A stretch of 64,000 bases of DNA from Pelomyxa schiedti (taxonomy: Eukaryota > Protista > Evosea), in the NCBI GenBank assembly GCA_020536535.1, contig JAHLWZ010000127.1, positions 1 through 64,000 of the forward strand. The letters are read 5' to 3'. The stretch's first letter is position 1, and each line of letters begins with the position of its first letter. Below are positions 45,501 to 59,910 of this stretch, piece by piece. The translations under genes were made by a program, and so were the position numbers. The notes under the pieces were generated by a model. The model was not told where the DNA came from. It was given only the letters and a program-made list of their open reading frames with translations, and did not search any database.

Positions 45501-48018
45501 CAGGTGAGTCTTCCTCTCCAATATCCACTCTTTTTCTTTAACGTACCAACAGAGTTTGTTTTGGGGATGGTGATAGTATCGCATTGGAGCGTGTATCTTC
45601 AAGCAGTGCTCCAATCACAAAATCGATGATTCAACCAACACAGAATTATCTCCTGGACTGCCTTTCTGGTACTATTTCCTTCAAACCATCATTTAACAAA
45701 TAATAACAGAAATTTTTGTGTGGACGAATCTTAAAACCCCAACGAAAGTAAAAAAGCAAATACAGACATTTGCTGAAGTACCTCCCTTTTAAGTTTTATC
45801 AACAATTGCCATTTACGTTTTAAAGAAAATGCACACGGAAAGAAGTGCAAGCCTTTGGGTTGCACCTATTCACAATGAATGGGCAGGTTCCGAGCAGGTA
45901 TGCTAGACTCAACTCAGCTCTTCCTTGTTTATGCAAATTTATACTTTCAAGGTTATGTTCAAAGAACGTTTTTACGACTGGCTCTCTGTTTCTATACAAG
46001 GGGCAACAGTAACACCTGGAAATGTCGCAGGTTTTTTTTTGTTGATAACTATTGCAATCAAAATAGTAACTATTTTTTTTTTAGTTTCACATAGCATTGA
46101 CAACAGAATCGATGTGATGAAAATGTACCAGCGTAAAATGGAAAGGGAGCAAGTTATGATTGACGACGGGTCTGGCAAAGTCAAAGTGCGTTCTCAACTA
46201 CTGTTGGCATAATCCCACTTTTCCCGTAACAAATGTTCAAGGTATGGAGAATTGAGGAATTCAAGCAAGTGGAAATACCAATAGAAAGGCACGGAGAGTT
46301 TTATAGTGCTGAGAGCTATGTCATATTGTACACTTACATTTGGAAGAATAAAGACTGCTTCTTGATTTATTTTTGGTATGCACACTTCCTTCCCACAAAC
46401 ACATGTAACAACAATAACAAAAAAAAAAAAAAAGGCAAGGAAGAAATAGTTCTATTGTGCGTTTTTAAATGTTTTCTTCTCTCTTCACCATATTCCTTAA
46501 AATACAGTTGGGAAAAGGGACATCAGCCTACATGGCGGTGGAGTTGGACGACAGGCTTAAAGCTAAAGGAATGGGCATGACAAAAGAAGTTCGTGTTGTG
46601 CAAGGCAAAGAACCCAAACACTTTTTGCTCGTATTTTCGGGAAAGCTCATAGTACATCAAGTACGAAATAAATGCAACATTTCCCAGTAACTACCCTTTT
46701 TTTCAGGGAAAGGACCCAGATGCAAAAGAAGAGGAAAGCCACCAAACACAGCTAATGTCAGTTCGATCAGGACGGATGAAGATGCAGAAGTCTTCTATGG
46801 GAGCTACTCTGTACCATGTTCAAGGTGTAGCGCCTCCATATATTACTGCCATTCAGACAGCACCCGTATCTTTCCCTTTTTGCACATTGTTGCACGTTTG
46901 CCTTTCTTGCATTGTTCCACTAATTCACAGTAGTGCGCAGCTTCTCTAAACAGCGGCAGTGTAGTCATGGTTGTCACAGATAGTACTTGTTTCATATGGT
47001 CCGTTCCTTGTTTGTTGTTCTTGATAGTGATATTTACTGCCTTTTTTTTGAAGGAAAGGCCGCTTTTCAAATACCCATGAGCAGACCTTCGCTACAAACG
47101 TCGCCACTTCAGGGGCCCTTAATAGAGCCGTAAGTAGAAGGAAGTGCATCAACACTATTTATTACTCATTCCATGCACCAGAGCATCGTAGAGGTTCAAG
47201 AAGGAGAAGAGCAAGCGTCTTTCTGGGCAGCCATAGATGGAAAATCACGATACCCCACAGAATCACACACAAGAAGAATCGATTCCCGTCTCTTCCAGTG
47301 CTCCATTGGGTCTGGAAACTTTACTGTTGTTTCCATAATTTTTAATACGTCTAATGCATATCCAAGGTGGATGAAATACTGCAATTTTCACAAGATGATC
47401 TTGTCCGAGATGACGTTATGATTTTAGATGCAATCAACACTGTATTTTTGTGGATAGGAAAAGAGAGCCACCACACCGAGCAAAAGCTTTCAGGCGAACT
47501 TGCAATGGTATAGTTTTCTCGCCAGCAATTTTTTTTTTACGCAATGTAGGAATATACCAGTGTCACTGCCAAATTGGCTAAACGAGCTCCTGGAACTCCT
47601 GTACTTCGCGTACTCGACGGCAAGGAGCCATTCGTATTCACAACTTATTTTCATGGGTTTTCCTCCACCTAATTTTATCTCCACACTCATCAAATTCTAC
47701 CAACAAACTCTACAGATGGGATGCGCGAGACACCCAAAGTTATGATGGCAGTCTTGCCTCAGTTGAAGCAATTCTCCAGGAATATCACCGGTCCTACACC
47801 TATGAGGAACTCTCTACTAAGAAATTCCCTAAGGGCCTCGACGAGTCGAAACTAGAGGTATCATTCCCACAGCATCCGAGTTCTCCAAATAACTGGTATC
47901 ACAGCAATATCTTTCCGAGGAGGAGTTCCTGCAGTACCTCACTGTACCCCGTTCTGAATGGGAGAAAGTTCCAGTTTGGAAAAAGGAGAAGCTGAAGAAG
48001 GAAGCAGGACTGTTCTAA
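39561..48018 (+). CDS. Giant LRR-gelsolin-coiled-coil-gelsolin-villin-headpiece protein (flightless/supervillin-like chimera)
   Basis: MGNDQS start, then LRRs (LSTLSLSCNEITSL, LTSLDVSENKIPELP). Gelsolin repeats at ~40970-41810 (SVFILNVGFKIFIWIG, CFVLDDCIDVYVWAG). Pro-rich linker, then a ~650-aa E/K/Q/R-rich coiled coil (ORF 42368..44506). Second gelsolin block (LNSGDCFILD, LYQWNGKDSNRMEKGKA, VWRIEEFK...FYSAESYVILYTY). Headpiece YTYEEL...LDESKLE..YLSEEEF...WKKEKLKKEAGLF*. Confidence 0.88.
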
Positions 48019-48408
48019 TGTAAAATTGTGAAAATAATGAGATACAAGTCCAATAGTTTATGTATTCGAGCACAAGTAACAAAGAAATCCCCTCACTACA
48101 ATAATGCCCAACAAAGAAGAGATTTTGTGATTGGCGAACCGGCTCCTTTAGATCCTTCACGCCAAAACTCGAGATGGCCTCTTTAGCATAATTTCTTGCC
48201 GATCAAAGTAAAAACTTGTGAAAACAGAAGGGGAAAAAAACAAAAAAACACCAAACAGTAAAGAAATTCTCGTAGACAGTGAGTGCGGTGTTTGCCCTCT
48301 CGAGATCTTCACACCGTCCGTAACCATAAGACCTATAACCGTATGTCATATGACCTTTAACGTCGTCTTGGTTGCATAGTTTATTTACAACAAAAAACAC
48401 CCAAAAGG

Positions 48409-51400
48409 ATGAAAGGGGTGGGAGAAGAGCGTTGGTGGGAGTGCGCTGACAACCCCATTTTCACGAAATGTCGTCGTATGCCTGACGTGCCTACCCCTGA
48501 GGTTACTACTCAACCGTTTTTTCCCCTCTGCAAACTAACTCCACTCTACAGTGGCGTGAATTCACTACTGCAATGCTATTTCCAAATAGCAAGCCAGGCC
48601 AGCCTCCAATTCCTGATCACAAGCGTCTTAGAGAGCACCTGTTGCACGAGGGCCGGTACTGACTCTTTCACTTCACCCTCAGTTCTTACTTTGGCACAGA
48701 CTGTCTCTTGATGCCGTACAGAAATTGCTGGGACTTGTGAGGACGATGTTGCGAGCTGAACCCAATGTTCTAACACTGACTTCACCATTGAAAGGTGACT
48801 TATCCCGTTCTCTTGTAGTGGCTCACTGTCCTTAAGTTCTTGGGGATGTCCATGGTCAATTCCATGACATGTGCCGAGTGTTAGATACTGAGACTCCCCA
48901 GGGAATTGATGGTGACCAGCTGCTATTTTTAGGGGATTACGTGGACAGAGGAATGTTTGGCGTGGAGGTCTGTTTGTATTTGTTCTCTCTCAAACTGGCT
49001 TACCCGAAGAGGTTTGTTCGTATTATTGCATTTTTGTTTAATTTGAAATTTGATCAGTATGTAATATTGCCATTGCAGGGTGTGGTTATTGCGAGGCAAT
49101 CATGAATGCCGGCTGGTTACCCAGCATTTCAACTTCCGAATTGAATGTATTCCCTTGAGATAGGTTCTATAGTGTGCTTACCGTTTATCTCCATTAGGTC
49201 TGAAAAAATATGGAAATACTGGTGTATATGAAGATGTAATGACAGTTTTCGATAGCCTACCCCTTGCTGCCACAGTATCAACTCCATGTGGCTTGAATTT
49301 TCTGTGCCTGCATGGCGGACTATCACCGACATTAACTTCGGTTACCTTTCATTCTCGTCGTTTAGTATTTAGTTTCCGCGTTTGCGTTGTGCTTTCTCAA
49401 CTTTATTATTTCCATTGGAGTACGAATCTCAAGGTTTCAGGTTGCAGGTTCGAGACATTGCAAATATAAATCGATTTGGAGAACCCCCGAAAGACGGGAT
49501 CTTCTGGTATGTTCACCCACTGTTCTACTCCGTTCTGTAACGCTGTTGCTTTCCTAGTGATGTGCTCTGGTCTGATCCACTTTATGACGAGAGCGCCTAT
49601 AATCTACAAGAAGAAGATATGAAGCGATGGTGGGCTGTGGAATACCTGCCAAACTCCACGCGAGGATGCGGATTCTTCTTTGGCGAAAAGGCTGTAAAGA
49701 CATTCTTGTACAATAATAATTTAGCGGCTATTATTAGGTCCGTTACATGGAAACAGTATTTTTTTTCTTTCTGACCCAAAATAGAGGCCACGAGGCACAA
49801 AAAAATGGATACTTCATGCATCAATTCTTGCATGGGCCCCAATCCCCACCAAGGGTCATTACACTGTTTAGTGCTCCAAATTATTGTGGGAGTTATCACA
49901 ACGTTGCAGCTGTACTGTGCATCCGTTGTGTAAATCGTGGTTCTACTGGATTATGTGGCTGCTCTGCTTTGGCCGCAAGCACCTCACCTACGACTTGCAC
50001 TTCTCCTGCTACTTCGCCACCCAATATTCCCGTTATTTTGGGTGCTCCGACAGTCAACCTCTCTGCGTCACCTCCAATTTCCCTGGAACCCACCATGTCA
50101 GCATCACCAGATGCCTTTGAATTTCATACATACAAAGAGTGTTTCGCTCCGTATTGCCTCCCCAACTTTGCTGATTGTTTCACCTACAGTTTACCTCGAC
50201 TCATTGAAATCAGTGTGTCAATCATTCTTTCTTCATTAACTCTGACGATTCTCTCTTCACTCTGACAGTTTCAACGACTCTAAAAATTCTAAAGCCAGCA
50301 AAACCTGCCTTCATTCAAAAAACAGCTCCACCAGTGCGAACGCACCGTTCCACACGCCCACCGCAGTCTCGTGCACATCATGGAAGGCACATCCATCACC
50401 ATAAGACGCCCGAAGTCACCTCACCACTTGTTATTTTACCAGTGTTCGGCACACCACCGTCAGACACGTCACAAACACAAATTCCGTCCTCTGTAGCCAC
50501 CACCCCTCCCGGTGACAAACCCACCGTTCCAGCAACCCAACTTGCACCACAACAAACCATCGACATAGCCACACCTCAGGACTCCTCAATGCAAACACAG
50601 ACAACACCCCAGCAGGAAACAACAACCTCCACCAGCACTGCCACGGCGAAACCTATCCACCCCTTTAGTCCACCACCTGTGGATCCACTTGTTGACCAAG
50701 CCACTCTTGAACAAGCCACAGTGATAACACCTCTCACCAGTTGTCAGCCTCCTCTCCTCTTTGCCACTCCAATAACTCTGGATTCCGGCTTTGAATCTGA
50801 GTCAGGTTCTGAGTCCGAGTCTGGCTCTGGCTCAGAATCTGGATCAGAATCCGAGTCTGGCGGATCTGGTTCCGAGTCTGGATCAGAGTCCGGCTCGGAG
50901 GGCGATATGTCGGCCGTAATGTCCGCTGCATTACCTTCTGTTGGCTCTTCTGAACAGCCACAGATTCCTACATCACAAACCTCAACAACACCTGGAGATG
51001 CAACCCAGAGTTGTGCAGCTGTAAATATGGAACTTGTACAGGTAAAACCTTCTCCTTTCTTTCGAAAACTGATTGACTCCACTTTAGCCAGTTGGAAGAA
51101 GAAGGCAGTCCGTGCACAAAATTGGAGAGATAGAACCCGGCATTGTAAGCAAATGCAAGGACTGGTACCTGCAAAAGGCAACGGCCGAGTTTCTTTCCAG
51201 GTCATCTTCACGGATATGACTCAGATATAAAACTCATCCATACCACCAAACAACAAAACAGACCCAGAGAGTTCCCGCAAGAAATGGTTGGTGTATTTGC
51301 ACGTGCACGTGGAATGTGGCTTGAAAAAGGTAAGAACCTTCTTTCAGCAGTTACCAGCTTGTATTCACATGGACTTAGCCACAGGGGAATTTGAACGTGC

Positions 51401-51491
51401 GAAACTCATTGACCTACCAAATGAAATGAGACCACCCTTTGAAATGTTTGAATCCACCAGGACCTTCTGGCTAAAACTTGTGTCATCCTAA
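48409..51491 (+). CDS. CNA1: Calcineurin A-like Ser/Thr phosphatase (PP2B catalytic subunit); start approximate
   Basis: [57 protein letters not shown]. CnB-binding [15 protein letters not shown]. Autoinhibitory-domain-like [16 protein letters not shown] near the C-terminus. Confidence 0.88.
50793..50900 (+). repeat. Degenerate coding repeat encoding (ESGS/ESES)n
   Basis: [36 protein letters not shown] within ORF 50334..51230, with synonymous codon variation between units. Confidence 0.85.
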
Positions 51492-51678
51492 CAAGGACAC
51501 CATTGTCATCGTCTGTAGTGGTTGTTGTGAAATTTATTCTCTTCTCTGACTGCAGGAGAGAACTTTCTTTTTCTCTTTCTTTTTTCATAGAACAATTTTG
51601 CTCGATCCTTGTGTCACCGTAACGGCAAAATTTAATAAACCCAAAGCACAATTTTTTTACAGAATTATTTTTTTGCAT

Positions 51679-54600
51679 TTACAGCTTTGCCCTTGATTTC
51701 TGCATAGGTGATTGTGATTGGGTGCTGACTTGTTGCCTTGAGGGGGACAGTGGTGGAAGTTCAAACATTGGTTCTGGACCAGCCCTGAGCTTGGCCAAAG
51801 TAGCTTTTTTCTCACTTATTTGAACCGCTTGTTGTCTAACTTGTTCTGATAATCTCCTGAAAGCCAAAGTGTGAGAACCGAATCACTTTTGTTTGAACTT
51901 GTACTTGTTGCGTAAAAAGAGCTGAAAAGTATCTACTTGCGCTGTAGTGGCACTTGGGTGCTCTGCCAGACGTTTTTATTGTGCTGCTAGGGAATAGAAT
52001 TTTGGCTTACGTTGCAAAAGGAGCTTCTTCTTTTCGGCTACTGCAACAGTTCTTTTCTCAATATCCTCAGAAACTGATTGGTTCTCCTTTGCCTTTACCT
52101 TTTACTCTGTTAGTCATTTGTTGGAGATAGTTTGTGTCGGGAGTAAATACAAGGGTTCCAGCTTTGAGCCGGGAAAGTTTTAGTTTAATATCTTCAACTT
52201 GGGCCTGATACCTCTGAGGTATTTAAGAGATAGAGCGAAATAAGATTGTATTTTAAACAGACCTTCTTGCCATTTTCTGCTCGTCTCTCCAATGCTGCAG
52301 TCGCCTGTTGCTGGGAATTTGTGCTGTCCCTCTCTTTTTCAGCGCAACCAGGTTTTAGAATCTCTTGGAGGTTCTTGGTCACTCTCTGATAAAAAGTAAG
52401 CACCCCAGTGGGAGATCGAAGGAAAGTTCACCAGTAACTGAAAGAACTTGATCTGTTCCTGAAATTCCTCGATTCGCATTTCCAGTCCTTGAAGTTCCCT
52501 TTGGAGAAGCCAATTTCAGAAAAATGAAATGCCAACGGTACGCACCATTTCAAAGTCGCAATGTTATGTTTGACCCCCATGAATTTTGTCAAAAGCTTAA
52601 CTTTTTTGCTTGATAGAGTCCGAATATGTTGGTTTAGATCAGAAATTGGAGACATGTCCATAAGGAGGTAATCATCAAAATTTCCGCAGACATTGCTGTC
52701 GTCCACCTCCACCTTTCCTGCAAGTTGACAATGCAGGTTGAGATTGTTTGCAAGGTACCTGGCCCTGCCTCAGTGAGAGTATCATCTCAGTATTTTCAGT
52801 ACTCCACAGGGATTGTTTCTTGAATTTGAGCATTTCGGAAAGTGTGCAGTCCAATGTTTGTTTAATTTGGTTGTTTTTTATCTCGGCTGCAGCAAGAGAT
52901 TCTTCTGCTTGTTTCAGGGTTCCAACTGCCTGAGCCAGCTTTTTTTGAGTTGCGATGAGTTCTTTTGTTGTGGAGGATTTTCTCGAGCTTATGATAGACC
53001 TCAATTTCGGACTTTATTTTCTTATCACGAAGCGATAACAGCTCTTGCCAAGACTCATTATCCATAGAATCAGGCTTATCTAAGGGGTGAGTGAGCACAG
53101 ATACTTCTCATCTTGTGATCGGAACAACCAACATCTTCCAAGTATAATTCTTCAATAGGTGGTATAACTTTGAGAATACCACTCACAGCAAGAGATGTTT
53201 TCACATCATAAAAGTAAGGACCACGAGAATTACTGTTTACCTGCAGACAACAATTTGTGTCGAAAAAAAAATGTGAAGGGACCTTTTTCCTGTCTTGGAA
53301 TACTTTCAGAAGGAAAGGAGCCAGTTCCCTAATCTCAGCTTACAGAATAAGAATCTCTGCAAAATACAAAAAGAAGGAAACCTCGCTTCCCAAGAAACTT
53401 TTGGAAGCTTAGGTCTAGGGAACTGTTATCTTCTTGTTTCGTTGAAACCTCTCCGTTGATAGACTCCACGATACCCTTGTGGGATTTAACAAAATGGAAA
53501 AAGGGTTCTCCCATAAACACCTTCAATTCTTGCACTCGTGCCTGAGATTTGGTCTTTTTCTTTTTGAGAACCTCTAGCTGTTCAGTTAATCTTGATTCCT
53601 GATTTAAATAACTACAACAAGAAGAGAACATATTTTCAGAGAGAAATACTTGTAAAGAAATTTCTTCAATTATTGACATTCTCATGCAGAGTTTGACTAT
53701 TTCCAACTCATCCTCAAAAATAAGTTGGTCTGTCTAAATGAAGTATGGGGGTCACTGAAGGCAAGGGAAAAGATGACTTACAGTGACTCGTTTTTTACGC
53801 AAAATGTCCAGCCTCTGATCAAAATTATTGAATGCTTCTAAAACTGCCTTTTCAATTGTTTTCAATTCATTCTCAAGTTCCTCTGTGTGCTTTTTTTTTT
53901 CAGCCTGCAGAGAAGTTAAGTTGCTCCACTTTCTGAATGAATTCAAACTTGGTACGTCTGCTGCCGGTCTTCATGTTCCATTAACAACCTGGCTTCTTCT
54001 TCGGTCAGTGACAGTCCCTTATCTTTTTTTGTGAGGCACTCCGTAAGTAGGGGGCCCATTTCTACAGTTCGGCGGGCCTCCCTATTTGAGTAGCCAGGCA
54101 GCGTTGGAAAAGGAGTAAAATAGTATATTACTTTATGTCAGGAGTTCCTCGCATCATCTCCTCCAATGCTCTTGCAAGTGATTGGGATTCCTGAGGGGAT
54201 GCCACAGGTTCATGGTTTCTGGCAGCTGTATCCTCTTCCTATTCCCCTATGTTACTGATATTATGCTTTTTTTTTTTGTTACCACATTGGGCTGCCCTGG
54301 ATTGAATATACATTCTGGAGTCTCACTATCAGATAACTTGGGAACAGAAAAAGAGGGAGCTATCTGGAATAAATAAGTGGTAATGACGAGGTAGCAAGAA
54401 TTACATTCAGTTCACTGGAAAGTTTATGGAGGCGGGTAACTTTAGACCCAAGAGCACTAATCACATCCCTCTTACATTTGAGGAGTTCCCCAACTTCAAT
54501 ATTGAAATCCCTCTTTGTAAATAGATGAGTTTGCGCAATTTGTAAAAAAGGGTCAAGTGGAATACCAACTTTCAAATCGTAGATCAAGCACTGCAGAAGT

Positions 54601-57600
54601 TGGATTTGCGTATGAATTCGATAGGGGGTGTTCAAGTCAAAGGGGTGATACAACAATCTTCTGAGAAGTGGCTCAGTGTCACCCTCAATTGTTGTGCAAG
54701 TTTCACCACTTTGCTCTTCTTCAGCCGGGTGATCAGTATGAAGAATCGGAGGAATAAGTGTAGCAGCTTTCTCGTTCATAACTGATTTCCATCTCAAAGA
54801 ACCAGTAAAGAGGCCTCCTTTTTTTTTGTAGCTTACAAGTGGTTCTCCCTGACGCAGGGTCAGCAGTAGGCTATGTACAAACCAATTTGCAAATACGAGA
54901 GTTTTCATTTCAGATTGCCTAAGAGTGACAATTTGCCGTCTTCTATCAATCTCTAATGGAGACAGAAATTGCAGAGGGTAATTGGCTACTTGGTGCTTTC
55001 CACCTTCTCCCAGTGAACTCACAACCAAGTCATGTTCTTGTTCAGATTCCCAGTATAGTTTCTTGGAATATAAGTGTTGAGGCGGGAGTGTGAGATAAAC
55101 TTTTATCCTTTCGATTAGATATTTTTTCTTTGCCAGTTCGTTTTGTAGGTTGCTTATAGCTGTTTCCATCCGTTCCCGAGCTTTCTTTTGATGATTGAGT
55201 GGACAGTTAACGAAATGGTAAAGATGGAAAGAACACACAGACCAGTTGTAAGATTTCCCTTTCTTTAATATTAAGGCACAACTGAGTTGAATTCAATTGC
55301 TGTTCAGTGGGTAGTTCACTGTTACACAACACCAAAGAGTGGTACTGTTCGACGAGATGGACTCCTTCTTTAAACAAAGATTCACTCACTTCCTAACACC
55401 AAGTAAAAGAAGGTTTGGAATCATGTAATAGAACTTTCAAGGAAGCAGAATCGCCGGATTTAGTAGCAGTTTGGGTTGGCTCAAGGCAGTGGTCTGCAGC
55501 ATTTTTCAGAGTATTCTGTACTATTTCCTGACCCCCATAAGGTGAGATTTTTATAACGCTGGCTGTTCACCTCTAACTGACTGTGATCAAATAGATCTGG
55601 AGTGTTGTTGACTAACGATGGCCTTTTTTCTGATGATGGTGCTTGTACGGTATGGCACCAAATCACTGATCCTCCTTTTAGCCGTGAACGAAAAGAACAC
55701 ATGTATCAAACTCACCTGAAAAAAGAAGGTATTGCCCATCAAAACTGAATGCAAGGTGAGCAATTCCTTGGGATCCAATGGAATCACAGCCATGCAGAAC
55801 AGTAGATTGCTGTAGTTGAGTTAATGACGTACGATGCCGAAACATATTCAAAGTATTTGGCACCTTAAGTGAATCCAAACTTCTCAAGAGCACTACTCCA
55901 TCAGCACCTCCTGTGGCAACCATGTTCGCCTGCTGAGATGTTGAAACACACATGGTTACCTTGTCATGACACTTGTACTATAAATTTTACTGAGCAGGCA
56001 GTTTGCCAAAGTTGATTACCTCTTCCCTTGGCTCAGTGACTGAACTCTCAGAATTTTGGTCTGGGTCATGCATTGCTGTGGGGATGAGGTATCTCACCAG
56101 TTTTTTGTCAGTTGTTGCGAAGATACACTGCTTGTCTTGATTAATTCTAGAGTATACAGGTCAACAGGTGTTGTAAAATAAATGGTCAAGTGCCTTGGGT
56201 CACAAATGATGAAAAGGGCGCTATACATGGTTCTAATCAGTCTTTTCTGAGGCAAGATTATGAAATGGTGTTGGTAAAGTGAAAATAAGTACTTGAATAT
56301 CCGAATTGGAAAGAATCATGCTTGTGCCGGGCACATTAGGTGCTCTAACTTGAAAAATGTTTCCTCCTCCCTTTGTACATAGAAATACCTTTTGATAGAT
56401 GGTAAGTTCTTTCTACGCGAAACGTGATAGTACATGATCATCAAAAGCTGACCAAGACAGAGATGAAACTGGTTGCTTCATATCGTTAAATCCCATGACC
56501 TTTCAGGCCGAAGTCAAGTTTTTTTCGCCAGTATGTAGATGTTATTCATACTTTAAATGAAGGTCTAGATGCATCTAAGAAGCATATGCATCCAGATTCT
56601 GATGCAACAACAAGGAATTTACCATCTTTTCGAAATGCTGCCTTTGAAACGTAGGTAGATTAATAACTTAGACAAAAATACTAACATGTGAGATTGCAGA
56701 CTTGAATACATGAGCTTGAAAGAACACTTTCATGATTGAATTTGCGTTAGTTGTAGTTTCAGGGGAAACTGATATCACTCGAAGAACACCTGGCAGCTAA
56801 GTTAAGATGGGGCTGCCAACAAGGTTTCTCTTCCACACCACTTTTTGAACCAACTGCAACAACGCAAGAATTGGGACAAGAAGCTATGCATGTAAGGGGC
56901 TCATTGAAGATTCTTTTATAAGATGATGGTAGACAAGTTTGGGTGTAGCTCCAAATCAGAAGTGTGCCATCTAAAGCACATGAGACAGCAACATGCCGTT
57001 TTCCTAAGGAACACAGTCCAGAAATGGCCACAGTATCTGTGTTATGAAAAGCACACACCTTAACAGACAAGGTAAGAAAGAGGAGAGGTGGCGATGGGTG
57101 GTGTGGTCTAACCCTCAAACTACTTGGAGGATCCACTGCTGAAGGTGCAGGGGAAACCATATGCAATCCTGTAGTAGTTCCAACAAGCTGAAGCGAGTTG
57201 GTTTGGTTGAGTTTTGTGTTCATTGTGTAAATAAGTTGAGGGAGCACCATTTTGGAGCTGTCGTCATATGTGCTGAGTGAAGTGATGTCCGAATCCATGG
57301 AGATCTGCGTTTTAACTCTATTGTCATCGTGGGACACCCAAGCAAGGCTTCCATTCTGGAATACAATTCAATCTGTCAGTACTCATGCACCGCTAGTGTT
57401 CTATGCACCAACCTCGTATCCAACAATTATGTACAGCTTGTTTGATAGCAGTTTAACAACAGCAGAAGGGATCCCAGGTCTTATCTCCTGGGCTGCCTCA
57501 CAAGCTAGAGGGGCACACAAATAAAGTGAGGATTCAGAGTCAACAACATTGCTGCTGTGAGACGGTGGATTTGTGCAACAAATTACATGGTGGCTGCCAT

Positions 57601-58762
57601 CCCAACAATGAAATCCAAAATGTTGTTCTTGAGAGTTACCTTCAGAAAGTCTGTAACTACTTAGATGTGCACAGAAATATGTTCGTACATTGAACCAGGA
57701 AGTGGTTTAATTTTAGCTCGGCTTCCTTTGGAATTAATCTTCAGGAACACAAGTCCATAAAAGCCAGTGGCGCAGAGCATGGTATCGTCCAAAGGATCAA
57801 AGGATACATGAATGTAGCTGACAGACATTGTCACCTGGGCAATTATTTCCCCTGACATAACACCCCATACAGCAATCTAAAGGCAGTGTGGGAGTTTTTT
57901 TTTTATGTGAGGTGCCCAAGTACCTTATGATCTGGTTCAGAAGAATGTGTTACGATGTAGTTACCACTGTTTGAAAACTGAATACAGGAAAACTTCAGTG
58001 ATGCCCCTCCTTATAGCTTGTCAGAGGAAAAAGAAGTTAATAGGAGAACAAACCTCTCAAGGTTGAAATAGGAACAAGAGAAGGATAAGATAGAATAACC
58101 ACATTTGGGTTCAAGCCGATTTCTCCAAAAGCAACAAACTTTCCTTTGCCTTTCACAGGTTAACCACTAAAGAGACTTTAGAAGAAACTGACAAGTTGCA
58201 ATTGGTCCAACAGCAAAAAGTGGGTGTGTACACCAAAAATGGCGTGTGGACCCAGTAGTTATGTCACAAAACCTGGGGAAGTAAAATCAATTTCACAGGA
58301 CCCACAATGCATTGTAGGAGGCCACGGCTTATACTATACACCGCTCCATACATACGTGAGTTTTGTGCCACATCCAGCCACAAACACGTGATCATCCACC
58401 ATCACAGCAGGGCAAGTCACCCCAAGTGACACACATTCATATCCCACACCAACACCAATCCCATAAGTTGTTCCCATTCCCATGCCCGTTCCAGTTCCAG
58501 AGAACATTCCGAATGCTGGGCCAGGGCCAGGACCGGCACCTCCTCCTCCCGAAGACCGCAACCACCCACCCTTACGCCCATCAGCGGAACCCATAAGCCG
58601 GTTGTTGTCAACCACAAGAGCCCCCAGGATCGACGGGGCGGAAGTGGAAGTGGCTGAGGCCCCCAGGGGCCTCAAAGGGGGTGGCACGGGCAAGGATATT
58701 GCTGGCGCTACGAGGCCCCCTGTTGCCGCTGCTCCTGTGACTTGCGTCGCAATTGGGTCCAT
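51679..58762 (-). CDS. CFAP43: Cilia- and flagella-associated protein 43 (WDR96)-like: WD40 N-half + coiled-coil C-half
   Basis: N-terminal PAVMVDDHVFVAGCGTKL and WD repeats (VSCALDGTLLIWS, VATGGADGVVLLR, LAFSFDGQYL). LLYHPFDLNTPYRIHTQIQLLQCLIYDLK, ESWQELLSLRDKKIKSEIE and ILSLRQGQV.EVDD..FDDYLLMDMSPISDLNQHIRTLSSKKV match recalled CFAP43 C-terminal blocks. Confidence 0.8.
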
Positions 58763-59067
58763 TTGATTGTTCAGTGTTACTAGAACGGTTTCTCGCCAAG
58801 GCTGAATACTTCAGGGGCGCAAGCCATATGGGTTCCCGAGTATGAACACAAGATGTGCCTCTGAGGAATACCGACTTTCAGCAAGCTGGATCTGGAGAGT
58901 AATTTTTGTTTCTTCCTCAGAAGGAAGAGGGGAAAAAAATGACAACGTGGGCGCTTCGTTGTTACGGGTGCACCTTTTATCGCCGTGTTGGAAAAAGACA
59001 AAACTAATAAGTAAACAGCAACAACAAACAAAGAACAAAGACAGCCATCTACCGAAGCAAAATATAA

Positions 59068-59683
<616 letters not shown>

Positions 59684-59910
59684 CCGGAATCATCCACATG
59701 CACACTTAATAGTATTGTCAGCTCATGTATATTATTGTTCTCACTAGTGTGGGACCAATGTAATTAAAAAAAGAAAAGTCTTTTCCCCACTTGGTATTAC
59801 ACAAAGCATGCTTTGCCATTCATTATTTGTCCAACAGGTTTGTAAGCGAAAAAAATTTACACTCTTGGATTTTATTCACAAATTGGGTACAAACAAAAGT
59901 GTGCAGTACC

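Noticed and set aside
50793-50900. Repeat as a CRISPR-like or mobile element
   Set aside because: It is a degenerate in-frame coding repeat with no spacers, TIRs or TSDs.
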